DNA of 64,000 nt from an uncultured delta proteobacterium (GTDB lineage Bacteria > Myxococcota > Kuafuiibacteriia > Kuafuiibacteriales > Kuafuiibacteriaceae). This document shows, one piece after another, positions 1-9,965 of this stretch. The stretch lies in contig CAWDML010000001.1 in NCBI GenBank assembly GCA_963803435.1, positions 3,200,001 through 3,264,000 on the forward strand, read 5' to 3'. A model generated the notes under the pieces. That model did not search any database. It was given only the letters and a program-made list of their open reading frames with translations, and was not told where the DNA came from. The position numbers were made by a program, and so were the translations under genes. Numbering within the stretch: the first letter of the stretch is position 1; every line of letters starts with the position of its first letter.

Positions 1-1201
1 CGCGGCGACGCTCCTCACCGAGGAAGAGGTGGTGCTCCACAACGTCCCCGCGATCCGCGACGTCGAGGCGCTGATCTCGATCCTGCGGGAGCTGGGCGTG
101 ACGGTGACTCCGCGCGGAGGGAGCTCGATCGCGTTCAAAGCCGACCGCGTGAACGGTCACGAGCCGAATCCGGAGGTCTGCAAGCAGATCCGCGCCTCGA
201 TCCTCCTGGCCGGGCCGCTGGTGGCGCGCCGCGGCCACGTCCGAGTCCCGCTCCCCGGGGGCGACGTGATCGGCCGCCGACGACTCGACACGCACGTGCT
301 GGCCCTGGAGGCGCTCGGCGCCACTGTCGAGACCAGCACCGGTGAGTACGTGTTCCGCGCCGACACCCGCCTGACCGGCGCCGAGGTCTTTCTCGACGAA
401 GCCTCGGTCACGGGCACCGAGAACGCGATCATGGCCGCCGCGCTGGCCGAGGGGACCACCATCCTCGAGAACGCCGCCTGCGAGCCGCACATCCAGGACC
501 TCTGCCGGCTGATCGTCTCGATGGGCGGAAGAGTCGAGGGGATCGGCACCAACCGGCTGGTGATCGAGGGGACAGCCCGCCTGCACGGCGGCGAGCTCAC
601 GTTGGGCCCGGACTACATCGAGGTCGGATCCCTCATCATGCTGGCGGCGGTCACCGGCGGGGAGCTGCTGATCGAGGACGCTCGCCCCAAGGAGCACCGC
701 GCAACTCAGCTTGCGTTCAACCGCATCGGGATCGAGTTCGGCCCCGATCCCACGGGACGCCACCTGCTGGTCCCCGGCGGGCAGGAGCTGCGCGTCGCCC
801 ACGATCTCGGCGGCGCCATCCCGAAGATCGAGGACGCGCCCTGGCCGGGCTACCCGGCGGACCTCACCTCGATGGCAGTGGTCGGCGCGACCCAGAGCGA
901 AGGCACGGTGCTGGTCTTCGAGAAGATGTTCGAGTCGCGCCTGTTCTTCGTCGATCGCCTGGCGTCGATGGGCGCGCGCCTCATCCTGTGCGACCCGCAC
1001 CGGGTGGTCGTCAGCGGCCGCTCGAAGCTGATCGGACAGGAGCTGGTCAGCCCCGACATCCGCGCCGGCATGGCGCTGGTCATCGCGGCGCTCTGCGCCC
1101 AGGGGACCAGCACGATCCAGAACATCCAGCAGATCGATCGGGGCTACGAGCGGATCGACCAGCGGCTGGCCGAGCTGGGGGCGCGCATCAAGCGGACGTG
1201 A
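1..1201 (+). CDS. murA: UDP-N-acetylglucosamine 1-carboxyvinyltransferase (5' end outside window)
   Basis: Motifs [60 protein letters not shown]. The frame is open from the window start. Confidence 0.95.
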   Translation, partial: AATLLTEEEVVLHNVPAIRDVEALISILRELGVTVTPRGGSSIAFKADRVNGHEPNPEVCKQIRASILLAGPLVARRGHVRVPLPGGDVIGRRRLDTHVLALEALGATVETSTGEYVFRADTRLTGAEVFLDEASVTGTENAIMAAALAEGTTILENAACEPHIQDLCRLIVSMGGRVEGIGTNRLVIEGTARLHGGELTLGPDYIEVGSLIMLAAVTGGELLIEDARPKEHRATQLAFNRIGIEFGPDPTGRHLLVPGGQELRVAHDLGGAIPKIEDAPWPGYPADLTSMAVVGATQSEGTVLVFEKMFESRLFFVDRLASMGARLILCDPHRVVVSGRSKLIGQELVSPDIRAGMALVIAALCAQGTSTIQNIQQIDRGYERIDQRLAELGARIKRT

Positions 1202-1208
1202 CCTCGGG

Positions 1209-2647
1209 TCACCCGGCCAGCTCGACCCCGTGGAAGTCGCGCTGGCTCTTGCAGGCCTCGCGCAGTCGCAGCTCGTCCCCGACGGTGGGCTGGAACAGCG
1301 GTGAGCGCTCGAGGAGGACCCGGACCAGGACGTCGCGGGGAAGGGTCTCGATCACGTCGGTGATCCGTTCGATCCGGCCGTCGCCGGCCAGGTTGCAGAG
1401 GCGCGCGCGCAGAGTGGAGAGACGGCCGCCCGGGCCGCGCTCGAAGCGGAGGACCCAGCCGGCGCGACGGCCGGCGTCGAGACGCTGGGTCACCTCGAAG
1501 GCGGCCAGCGGAGTGAAGCGCTCCATCGCGTCGAGCCATGCCGGCACCGTGGAGGCTTCGACATTCGCGATGGCGAATCGCTCCAGTCTCTGGGCCGGCG
1601 AACGCAGCAGCTGCACGACCTCGGACGGACGGACCGCGCGCCCGCAGAGCTCGAGGCGCCGGAGCCGAGGGAAGGCCGAGGTCCGCTCGAGCCGGGCGAA
1701 CGTGGCCCGGTCCTCGACTTGCGCCGCGAGCTCCACCAGCGAGTGCGGCTTGGGCGCCGCGGCGCCGGCGCACAGCGCGGGATCCTCGAGCCCGCTGGCA
1801 ACCTCGAGCCCGCGCATCGAAGGATCGAGGACCTGCTGGCTGCCAGGGAGAAAGTGGATCCGCTCGACGGTGCTCCAGGACGGATCGGAGGCGAAGCGCG
1901 ACACCTCGTCGGCTCCGGAGAAGTACACCTCCGCCTCCGCGAGGAACCCGCGACGGAAGACCGCGCCGCTCTTGGTGACCACCGGATCGATCCGCCGATC
2001 CAGGCCCGCCCGTGCCGAGCGACCAGGTCCGAGACGTCTTGGTGTTCGGTCCTCTTGAGCTGGACCGCGATCAGCTCGCCGATGGGATCGTTCTGATCGA
2101 GCAGATAGTCGGCGAGCACCGAGCGCGGTCCATCCTCACGAGGTGCGGCGTAGACCGCCGCCAGGAGCTCGGCGAGCTGGCCGCCAGGCGGAGGACGATC
2201 GACCGGCTCGACCCAATCGTCCCACGACCGGACCGGCTTGCCGACGATCTCGACGCCGCGCCCGCGCCGCACCACCGCGTACGGGAGATAAGCCTCCGCC
2301 TGGGTCATCTCCTGGTGGCAGGCCTCGCGGCAGTAGGCCTGGAACGCGGGGATCGCGGAGCCGTTGTCGTCCCACGGCTCGACCGGCGCGCTCCGTGCGG
2401 AATCGTCGGGCCACAGCGGCGTATGGCGCTGCGAGTAGTGGAGGTCCGCGTGGACCGCGTCGTTCGCCTCGTCGTTCCAGTACTGGGCGACGGAGAGCAG
2501 GCCGCTGTTCAAGGTATCGTCCACGGCGAAGGCGGCGTCGGCGAGCGGGATCAGGATGCGCCGGACGGCGTCGTCGCGCATCGCCTCCGGCGTGTCGCCG
2601 GTGAGAATGCCGGGATAGATCATCGGGTCGCCGCGCGGAGGCGGCAC
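1209..2647 (-). CDS. TIGR02996 domain-containing protein, split by one frameshift near 1992
   Basis: LLAAVYAAPREDGPRSVLADYLLDQNDPIGELIAVQ is the TIGR02996 pattern. After AWIGG the sensible continuation (IDPVVTKSGAVFRRGF) is in the frame of ORF 1209..1982. N-terminal domain carries VAQYWNDEANDAVH. Confidence 0.7.
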
Positions 2648-2653
2648 TGTACC

Positions 2654-4909
2654 TCAACCCTGATTGAAGTTGAACGGATAGGTCACAGTAACCGATCCGC
2701 CGCCGGCAGGCTTCGGAAAGACCAGCGACTTCAGGACACCTTCCACGCACTGATCGATCTCGGGCGCCCCCAGCGTGCTCGAGCTGACCTCGATGCGGGT
2801 CACCTTTCCATCGGGTCCGATCACGAAGCGGAGCGCGAGCCTCCCGGATAGGTTCGGACTCCGGGCCAGGCTCTTCTCGTAGCAGTACTTCACGCGGGCC
2901 AGGCCGCGCCGGATCACGCGGGCGATCACGCGCTTGTCGAGCGAGCCCATGATCACGGTCTGGCCCGACAGGACGCTCGTGGTCCCCTTGCCGCGGCCTC
3001 CCGAGCGGAGCCCGCCACCCCCTTCGCCGGTTCCGAGACCGCCCATCCCGAAGCTGCCGCCGATCGAGGTGCCGGACATCTTCCCGAAGACGCCCTCGGG
3101 CAGCGGCAGCGGCTGCACGATCGTCGCGCTCCCGCCGAGCGTGTTCCGGATCGTCGAGTCGACCGCCACGAAGCTCGTCTCTTCCGTCATCAGGTGGTAG
3201 GCGAGCCCCAGGCGAGTGACGGCCTCGGGGTCCTCGTGAAGGCGGCCGATCCGCTCGCGCGCCCACAGATAGCGGAGCGCGATCAGATCATCGCTCGGGT
3301 GGTGATCGGCGACCGCGATCGTCTTGGTGAACGCGCCCTGCCCGTTGGTTCCGCTGATCCGGATCGAGCCCTTGGCCTCGCCGCGATACTTCCCCATGAT
3401 CACCAGAGGTCGCTCCCCGAAGAGATCGGGCACGCTCGCAGGCTCGAGGTCGTACGCGTCGAAGCCATCGAGCTCGAGCTTCACCCGCGTGAGCACCGGG
3501 CTCTCGATATAGCGGCGGAAGCGCTCGGCCGCCGGCCCCGCCTCCCCCGGGCTCTCGACCACGAACGGCTGGCCCAGGCCCTCGCGCGCCAGGCCTTCGA
3601 TCAGGTGGCGATTGACGCTCGAGCCGATCCCGAACGCGAAGAGGTTGGTGTCGCCCAGGTGACTCCGGATCAGGTTGAAGGCCTCGTTCTCCACCGAGAC
3701 GTAGCCGTCGGTGACGACGACCATGGTCGCCGACATGTCCGGGGTTCGCGGCATCGACAGCCCCTTCTGGAGCGCCTGGAGAATCTCGGTGCCGCCGCCG
3801 GCCTGGGCGTGCGCGATCATCCGCCGGGCGCGACGCCGATTCGCCGGCGTGGCGGGCACGCTGGCCGGAGCCATCACCTGGTTGCCGCCCGCGAAGAAGA
3901 GGAGATTGAACCGGTCCTCTGCGCGGAGCTCCGCCACCAGCCGATCGACGAGCGCGCGGGCGCTCTGGATCGGGAAGCCGCCCATCGAACCGCTGACATC
4001 GACGATGAAGATGTACTCGCGCGGCGGGATCATCGCAGGCGCCACCCGCTGGGGCGGTTGAATGATGGCCGTGAAGAACTTCTCGGCGTCGTCCTGGTAG
4101 AGGAGCAGGCCGGTCTCGATCCGGTCCCCGTCGAGCCGATAGCGCAGGATGAAGTCGCGGTTGCCACCGTCCTCGTCGAGGACCTCGACGTTGGCGTCGC
4201 CGCTCGCGTCGAAGCGCGGCGAGATCTTGTGCGTCGGCGACTGCACCCCCGCGATCGCCATCCCGGCGCTGATCCGCGCGGACAGCGCCCAGCGGTACGT
4301 CGGCCCGCGACCTTGCTCGAGGTACGGATTGGCGGTCCAGGCCTCGCTCTTCGTGCTCTCCCCGGTGAACCGCGGACCCACGACGGTCGGGTACACGAAC
4401 TCGTAGACGCCCTCCTCCGGCACCAGGAGCTCGGTGTAGTCGAGGTGCACCTCGATCCGATCCCCCGGCATGATGTTCGCGACGTTCATGCGGAAGACGT
4501 TCGGGCGCTCCTGGAGGAGCAGGCTGGCGGCCCTCCCCTCGTTCTTGGCCTCCTCGTAGCGGGCGCGCGCATCCTTCGTCTTCGCGATCTCGGCGACGAT
4601 CGTGCGGTCCCCGATCTTCATCTCCATCCCGAACACGGCGGCGCGGGTCGATCCCGGGAACACGTAGACCGCCTCGATCGGCTGGCCGCCCTCGTTCACG
4701 TACACCTGCGTGACGCGAACCCGGGCGATCACGCCAGCGATCGAGACCTTCGCCCGCGTCTCTTGCAGCGGGAGCGCCTCGGCGGCCTTCTGGTCGGCGA
4801 CGTAGAAGTAGGGTGACTCGGTCCGATCCTCCCCCGCCGCGGTGGCGCGGGAGGGCGAGAGCATCGGAAGCGCTGAGAGAACGGAGAGGAGCACCAGGAG
4901 CTTTCGCAT
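2654..4909 (-). CDS. Secreted VIT + vWA domain protein with C-terminal AgmX/PglI (TonB-C-like) domain
   Basis: Signal peptide MRKLLVLLSV at 4909. VIT region (EAVYVFP, NVFRMNVANI), MIDAS DVSGS...GGTE...TDG, Gly-rich linker, then GSLDKRVIARVI...YCYE...GRLALRFVIGPDG...C...FPKP.GG.VTVTYPF. Confidence 0.88.
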   Translation of the reverse strand: MRKLLVLLSVLSALPMLSPSRATAAGEDRTESPYFYVADQKAAEALPLQETRAKVSIAGVIARVRVTQVYVNEGGQPIEAVYVFPGSTRAAVFGMEMKIGDRTIVAEIAKTKDARARYEEAKNEGRAASLLLQERPNVFRMNVANIMPGDRIEVHLDYTELLVPEEGVYEFVYPTVVGPRFTGESTKSEAWTANPYLEQGRGPTYRWALSARISAGMAIAGVQSPTHKISPRFDASGDANVEVLDEDGGNRDFILRYRLDGDRIETGLLLYQDDAEKFFTAIIQPPQRVAPAMIPPREYIFIVDVSGSMGGFPIQSARALVDRLVAELRAEDRFNLLFFAGGNQVMAPASVPATPANRRRARRMIAHAQAGGGTEILQALQKGLSMPRTPDMSATMVVVTDGYVSVENEAFNLIRSHLGDTNLFAFGIGSSVNRHLIEGLAREGLGQPFVVESPGEAGPAAERFRRYIESPVLTRVKLELDGFDAYDLEPASVPDLFGERPLVIMGKYRGEAKGSIRISGTNGQGAFTKTIAVADHHPSDDLIALRYLWARERIGRLHEDPEAVTRLGLAYHLMTEETSFVAVDSTIRNTLGGSATIVQPLPLPEGVFGKMSGTSIGGSFGMGGLGTGEGGGGLRSGGRGKGTTSVLSGQTVIMGSLDKRVIARVIRRGLARVKYCYEKSLARSPNLSGRLALRFVIGPDGKVTRIEVSSSTLGAPEIDQCVEGVLKSLVFPKPAGGGSVTVTYPFNFNQG

Positions 4910-4962
4910 CGAGGGCAAGGACACCCCCGCGGAGGACAAGTTCCCTGCTATGGTCCCGCCCG

Positions 4963-5733
4963 ATGCGCCGGGCTGCTCCGATCCTGGTGACCGCGATCGC
5001 ATGCGCACACCAGCCCGTCACCGATCGACCGGTGCAGGTCACGCCCGATCTGGTCGCACACCTGAAGGTCGCGCTGAGCGGTGAGCCTGCGATCCAGATC
5101 GACGACAGCGACTGCGACGACCACGACCGATCCCGGGTCACCGCGTCCTTCGACGAGCTGAGGCAGTCGCTGGTCGCGCACGGCTTCCTGCTCGTGGATC
5201 CGGCCGAGGCCAACCTGCTCTTCGAGCACCACACGCACGTCACGACCTGCACCTACGACGGCCAGCTCGAGGGCAGCGCTCAGCTGATCGCCAAGGATCG
5301 GAGCGGTCGAACCATCGAGATCGTGTCGTTGTTCCCGCTGTGGCCTGACGGGTTGGTCGACCTCATCCTCACCTCCGATCGCTTGGCCGCCTTCGCGCGG
5401 GATCCTGCGGCGCCTCCGGTTCGGCGCGCGCCCCCGCCCGAGCTCGCGGTGACCTCGACCGCCGCGACCTTCTCGATCCAACCCATGGAGGGCGAGCTCG
5501 ATCCCGCGCTCGCGGATCAGCTGGTCGAGTACCTGATCGTCCGCCTGACCGAAGGCGGTGCGCTGATCCGCGACGACGCCGCGCACGAGGCGCTGACGTC
5601 GAAGTTCCTCGAGGTCGGAGATCGCTGCGTGATCTCGGCATCGCTGTTTCGTCGCGGCGCCACCGAGCGCACCGGCTGTTCCACCGAGGAGCTCATGGAC
5701 GCGATCGATCGGATCGCGTCCCGACTCCGCTGA
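4963..5733 (+). CDS. Hypothetical lipoprotein
   Basis: MRRAAPILVTAIAC lipobox-like start, typical high-GC codon usage, convergent with the next gene. Confidence 0.6.
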   Translation: MRRAAPILVTAIACAHQPVTDRPVQVTPDLVAHLKVALSGEPAIQIDDSDCDDHDRSRVTASFDELRQSLVAHGFLLVDPAEANLLFEHHTHVTTCTYDGQLEGSAQLIAKDRSGRTIEIVSLFPLWPDGLVDLILTSDRLAAFARDPAAPPVRRAPPPELAVTSTAATFSIQPMEGELDPALADQLVEYLIVRLTEGGALIRDDAAHEALTSKFLEVGDRCVISASLFRRGATERTGCSTEELMDAIDRIASRLR

Positions 5734-6435
5734 TCACCGGTCGTCTTCCGCAGCTTCCGCGGAGGCCGAGGGATCGGTCGGTCCGCCGTGCCGCGCTGCC
5801 ACGACCAGCGCCGGATCACCAGGTGGCGTGACCAGCGCCTCCAGCTTCGCCAGCCCGCGCGGATGGATCACGAGCTTGTTCCGGATGCACGCGAGCACGG
5901 TCTCGTGGGACGCGCCGGCCCGCACCGCGATCGCGTCCACGTCGAGGCGGACCGGCGAGGGCACGACGCCCCTGAGGTAGCCTTGCTGCTCCCAGGCGAT
6001 CACCTGGGCGACCCGGTGGATCATGAGGTCCCGCACCTCCAGGTGCTTCTCGAGGAGGCGGACCTCCTGCTCGGTATCGACGTCGGCGTCGGGTGCCACG
6101 CGAAGGCGGGGCGACGCGGAGACGCGGACCGTGAGGTCGGGGGCGATCTCGACCTCGATCGACGGGTGTGGATTGAGCCGCCCCTCGGTGATGTCGAGGA
6201 GGGTGGCGACGACCTCGTCGTAGGAGAGGGCGAACAGGTCCCGCTTGAATCGTACGTACCAGCCGGGGAACCGGGTCGACGTCACCTCGAAATCATAGCC
6301 CGAAACCGCGTAGGGCGATCCGGCTCGGGTGCGTGACCTCGTCGTGAATTCGTGGAACAATCCTCGGGCCCGTGGGGCGAACGCGCTCGCGTCGATCGCG
6401 GTCGCCACAGGGGTCCGCACGCGGAGCACCGACAA
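5734..6435 (-). CDS. Truncated RpoN (sigma-54)-like protein: end of core-binding domain plus long helix/HTH only
   Basis: LNPHP, PRLRV, RDLMIHRVAQVIAWEQQGYL, LDVDAIA and SHETV..CIRNK..IHPRG parallel RpoN [37 protein letters not shown] and HESTISRVTTQKYLHSPRG. Start uncertain. Confidence 0.65.
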   Translation of the reverse strand: MSVLRVRTPVATAIDASAFAPRARGLFHEFTTRSRTRAGSPYAVSGYDFEVTSTRFPGWYVRFKRDLFALSYDEVVATLLDITEGRLNPHPSIEVEIAPDLTVRVSASPRLRVAPDADVDTEQEVRLLEKHLEVRDLMIHRVAQVIAWEQQGYLRGVVPSPVRLDVDAIAVRAGASHETVLACIRNKLVIHPRGLAKLEALVTPPGDPALVVAARHGGPTDPSASAEAAEDDR

Positions 6436-6487
6436 CGGTTGTCTCGCGCGAGCCGCTGGGGAAGGATCGGTGGGTCCTCCCGACGCG

Positions 6488-8770
6488 ATGGAGTCGAAGC
6501 CTCAGATCCCCATGCCGCGCAGCGTGGGCGGTGACGAACCCGGCTCCGCACGCATCGGTCCGTATCATGTCGTGCGGCACCTGGTCGCCGGACCGGGCGC
6601 CCAGATCTTGGAAGCCGCCGCCGACTCCGGCGAGCAGCTGATGCTCCAGATCGTCCGCTGTCGCGCCGCGCGCAGCAGCGCGGAGGAGATCGAGCGCAAG
6701 GAGATGTTCGAGTCGATCCGCGTCGCCACCGAGGAGCTGGCGGCGGACGTCGGGATCCTTCAGCACGGCGCCGCCGAGGTGAACGGAGAGACGATCCTGT
6801 ACTGGGCGCTGCCGTGGGACGACCGCGCCGTCGAGCTCGGGCTGGCCAAGATCGACGACGACGACGAGCTGGTGTCCGTCGGGATCCTCCTCGCGAAGCG
6901 GTTGACGACGCTCCACCAGACCGGCCGGCTCGATCCGCTGCTCTCCGAGCGCGTCCTCGTGATCAAGAACGGCGAGCCCTGGATCGCCGCTGCACCGCTG
7001 CCCGTTCCTGACCGCTGGTTGTCGCCGGGGATGCGGCCTCCGAGGCTCGCGCCCGAGGAGACGCTGGCGAAGGAGCCGACCGCCCAAGGCGACGTCTGGC
7101 GTCTGGGGCAGACGCTCAAGGCGCTGACCGTCTATCTGGAGCGGTTGCCGACCCGCGTCTGGCGCGCGCTCGAGCTGCTCGGGCACCCGGACGTCGGCGT
7201 GCGCATCCGGACCGCCGCGGAGGCGCTGGCGATGATGGAGTCGCTGGCGGATCCGCAGGCGCCCGATCCGCCGTCGATCTCGGATCTCACGAGCGCGCAA
7301 TCGCCGATCGAACGCACGATCCCGGACACTCCGATCCCGGACGTGGACAACGCGATCACGATCGCGGATGAACCGCTGGCGGCCGGCGAACGCCGTCTCA
7401 TCGAGGACTTCGAGACCCAGCCGGGCGCGAAGCCACCGCGCATGTCGCGAAGCCCGCTGCCGGAGACCGAGACGCTGGTGGACTTCCAGATGTACGCGGA
7501 GCACGGCGAGGACGTCGTCGTGCTGGAGCCCGCCGACGTCCTCGATCACGGCTTCATGGAGGCGCGCACGGCGGGCACCGAGCCTGCCTCCGCGTACTCC
7601 GACGACAAGCATCCGACGCTGGCCGAGGCCGTGATCCCGAAGATGCGGAAGAAGCGCGGGACCTGGGAACCCGCCCCGAACAACGAGCCGGCTGGGCCGA
7701 CCGGGACCGTGCTGGGCCCGAAGCTCCCTCAGTCGTGGGCCAAGCGATCGACCACGACGCTCCCGGGCGTGCGACGGATCGAGCCGGCCGCGCTGCCGCG
7801 CATGCTGCCGCCTCCGGGCGGAATGCTGGCCGGGCCGAAGGGGACGCTCATCGGCGCGAACCCGGTCGGGCCGCACCAGATCATGCGCGTGCCCCGGCCG
7901 GTGGTGTCGACTCCGCCCGAGGATGCGGGTGTCGCCGACCCCGCGGTTCAGGCCGTCGAGGAGCCGGAGGAAGACGACGACGGTCTCAAGATCGAGCCGG
8001 TTCCGAGTCCGCGCACCGCCGCGATCGCGGTGCTCACGTTCATCCTCGGGCTGTTGATCGGCGCAGTGGCCTCGAAGGGCCTGCGGCTCCTCGACGACGA
8101 TCCGACGCTGCTCTCCGGCTCGATCACGATCCCGGCGAACAACACCGTCAAGCTCGACGCTCAGCCGGCCGCCAGCGCGCTCGTGATCTCGGAGGACGAC
8201 GGGCGCGTGCTCGGATCAACCCCGATGTGGTTCGAGCTGCCGCCGTCGATGCAGCCCGCCGTCCTGGTCGCAGCGCCGGGACACGATCCGATCCGCGTCG
8301 TCCTGCCGGCGCGCGGCCGCCTGGACGTGACGCTCGAGCCGCGCTGGCAGGACCATGAGACGTGCCTGATGAACCTGCACGTGCCGCGCAACGTCCCGGT
8401 GGAGAGCGTCGGCTCCTCGATCGAGGAGACCTCGGCGGGATTCCAGGTGCCGGGGGCTGGCGTGATCCGCGCGGTGGGCGAGATCCGGGGTGCATGGCTG
8501 CTGTCGTGTCCGAGCCTGGGATCGGAGGACGTGGTCACGCTCGCCGGCCGGCCCCTCGAGACGGAGGTCGAGCTTCGCGTCAGCACACCGCCCGACATGG
8601 AGGTGTGGATCGACGGCGAGGCGGCCGGTACCTCACCGTTGAGAAAGCGCGTCCGCTCCGGCTTCAAGCAACTCAGAATACGGAGTGCACAGGGCGACAC
8701 GCTCGAACGGTGGGTGCCGGTCTTCAATGATACCGATGTTGAGCTGCCCGACCCGAAACGGGTCCAGTGA
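6488..8770 (+). CDS. Membrane-anchored Ser/Thr pseudokinase with C-terminal PEGA-like domain(s)
   Basis: RIGPYHVVRHL start; LAPEE...GDVWRLG retained but HRD and DFG absent. Pro/acidic linker, TM helix AAIAVLTFILGLLIGAVA, C-terminal STPPDMEVWIDGEAAGTSPL. ATG at 6488 preferred over 6329. Confidence 0.72.
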   Translation: MESKPQIPMPRSVGGDEPGSARIGPYHVVRHLVAGPGAQILEAAADSGEQLMLQIVRCRAARSSAEEIERKEMFESIRVATEELAADVGILQHGAAEVNGETILYWALPWDDRAVELGLAKIDDDDELVSVGILLAKRLTTLHQTGRLDPLLSERVLVIKNGEPWIAAAPLPVPDRWLSPGMRPPRLAPEETLAKEPTAQGDVWRLGQTLKALTVYLERLPTRVWRALELLGHPDVGVRIRTAAEALAMMESLADPQAPDPPSISDLTSAQSPIERTIPDTPIPDVDNAITIADEPLAAGERRLIEDFETQPGAKPPRMSRSPLPETETLVDFQMYAEHGEDVVVLEPADVLDHGFMEARTAGTEPASAYSDDKHPTLAEAVIPKMRKKRGTWEPAPNNEPAGPTGTVLGPKLPQSWAKRSTTTLPGVRRIEPAALPRMLPPPGGMLAGPKGTLIGANPVGPHQIMRVPRPVVSTPPEDAGVADPAVQAVEEPEEDDDGLKIEPVPSPRTAAIAVLTFILGLLIGAVASKGLRLLDDDPTLLSGSITIPANNTVKLDAQPAASALVISEDDGRVLGSTPMWFELPPSMQPAVLVAAPGHDPIRVVLPARGRLDVTLEPRWQDHETCLMNLHVPRNVPVESVGSSIEETSAGFQVPGAGVIRAVGEIRGAWLLSCPSLGSEDVVTLAGRPLETEVELRVSTPPDMEVWIDGEAAGTSPLRKRVRSGFKQLRIRSAQGDTLERWVPVFNDTDVELPDPKRVQ

Positions 8771-8887
8771 AACGTAGTCGAACCCACGCCAACCGACTAC
8801 CGGCACTCTGACGACTGATGTCCGTAGACCTGAGGACTCATCTTCTCTCCGCCTCCGATCCGACTCGGAAACTCTGCCATCGGTTCA

Positions 8888-8903
8888 TGGCACGTCGTTC
8901 GCT
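8888..8903 (+). promoter_or_regulatory. Putative sigma-54 (-24/-12) promoter
   Basis: TGGCAC-GTCGT-TCGCT with exact GG-N10-GC spacing, about 20 nt upstream of the ATG at 8925. Confidence 0.55.
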
Positions 8904-8924
8904 TAACGGATGCACGGAGAAGCC

Positions 8925-9965
8925 ATGCAGCATGTGAACAGCGACTCACTTCGTCGAACGGTCCAGGTCGTGTTGGCGACGATCGTAGGGTTGGCGATCC
9001 TACCGGACGCCGCCCACGCGAAGAAGAAGCCGCTGCCCCGACATGAGTGCCGCATCGCGTACAAGAAGGCACAGGCACTCGAGGCGTCGGCGCACCTCCG
9101 CGAAGCCCGCGACATGCTGCTCGCCTGCGCCAAGGCTACCTGCGGGCGCTTCCTCCAGCACGAGTGTTCGGCTCGCTACACGCGGATCGACTCGGACATC
9201 CCGTCGATCGTCCCCCTCGCCCTCGACGAGACCGGCGCGCCCCTCGTCGACGTCAAGATCGAGATGGATGGAGAGGCGCTCGCGTCGCACCTCGACGGAC
9301 ACGCGCTCCTCGTCAATCCCGGTCTGCACGAGTTCTCGTTCAACCGCCAGGGCTCGAACCCGGTCTTCGAGAAGATCATGATCGTTCAGGGCCAGCGGAA
9401 CCGAACCATCTCGGTGTCGCTGCAGGCGAGCGCCTCGCCGCCCGCGCCCGCGCCCGTCCCTGCCGCACCGGTCGTCCAGTCGGCCCCGCCGGTCGTGGCG
9501 TCCGCCCCGCCGCCCGCCAAGGTGGCCGCGACCCCGGCCCCGGAGCCGGCGCCCGCTGCGACGCCCGCGCCGGCACCGGCCCCCCTCTCTCCGAGCGAGG
9601 ACGCTCGCGTGGTCACCACGGTGCCGCCGAGCAACCTCCCCACAATCCTCTCGTTCGTCCTCGGCGGTACGGGGCTGGTGGCTGTCGGGACCGGGGCGCT
9701 CCTGACGGTGTGGGGGAGAAGGGACAACAAGCTGCTCGCGGACTGCTCGCCCGGTTGCCGGCCGGAGAGCGTCACGCACATTCGTAAGCTCTACATCGCC
9801 GCCGATATCTCCTTCGGTGTCGGCGCGGCCGCGCTGGCGACCTCCGTTTGGTTCCTCGCGACCCGCCTCGCAAGCGACGACTATTCGCCAGCTTCGACCA
9901 ACCTCGGCGTCGCCGTTCAGCCGACGCCGTCAGGGGCGGTCGCAGCGGTCTCAGGGAGGTTCTGA
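8925..9965 (+). CDS. Secreted myxobacterial-type protein (Cys-containing helical N-terminus, PEGA-like middle, Pro/Ala linker, hydrophobic C-terminal segments)
   Basis: Signal peptide ending AAHA, C..AY..AQ...AR..L..C...C pattern, VNPGLHEF, C-terminus AVSGRF. RBS GGAGA before 8925. Confidence 0.65.
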   Translation: MQHVNSDSLRRTVQVVLATIVGLAILPDAAHAKKKPLPRHECRIAYKKAQALEASAHLREARDMLLACAKATCGRFLQHECSARYTRIDSDIPSIVPLALDETGAPLVDVKIEMDGEALASHLDGHALLVNPGLHEFSFNRQGSNPVFEKIMIVQGQRNRTISVSLQASASPPAPAPVPAAPVVQSAPPVVASAPPPAKVAATPAPEPAPAATPAPAPAPLSPSEDARVVTTVPPSNLPTILSFVLGGTGLVAVGTGALLTVWGRRDNKLLADCSPGCRPESVTHIRKLYIAADISFGVGAAALATSVWFLATRLASDDYSPASTNLGVAVQPTPSGAVAAVSGRF

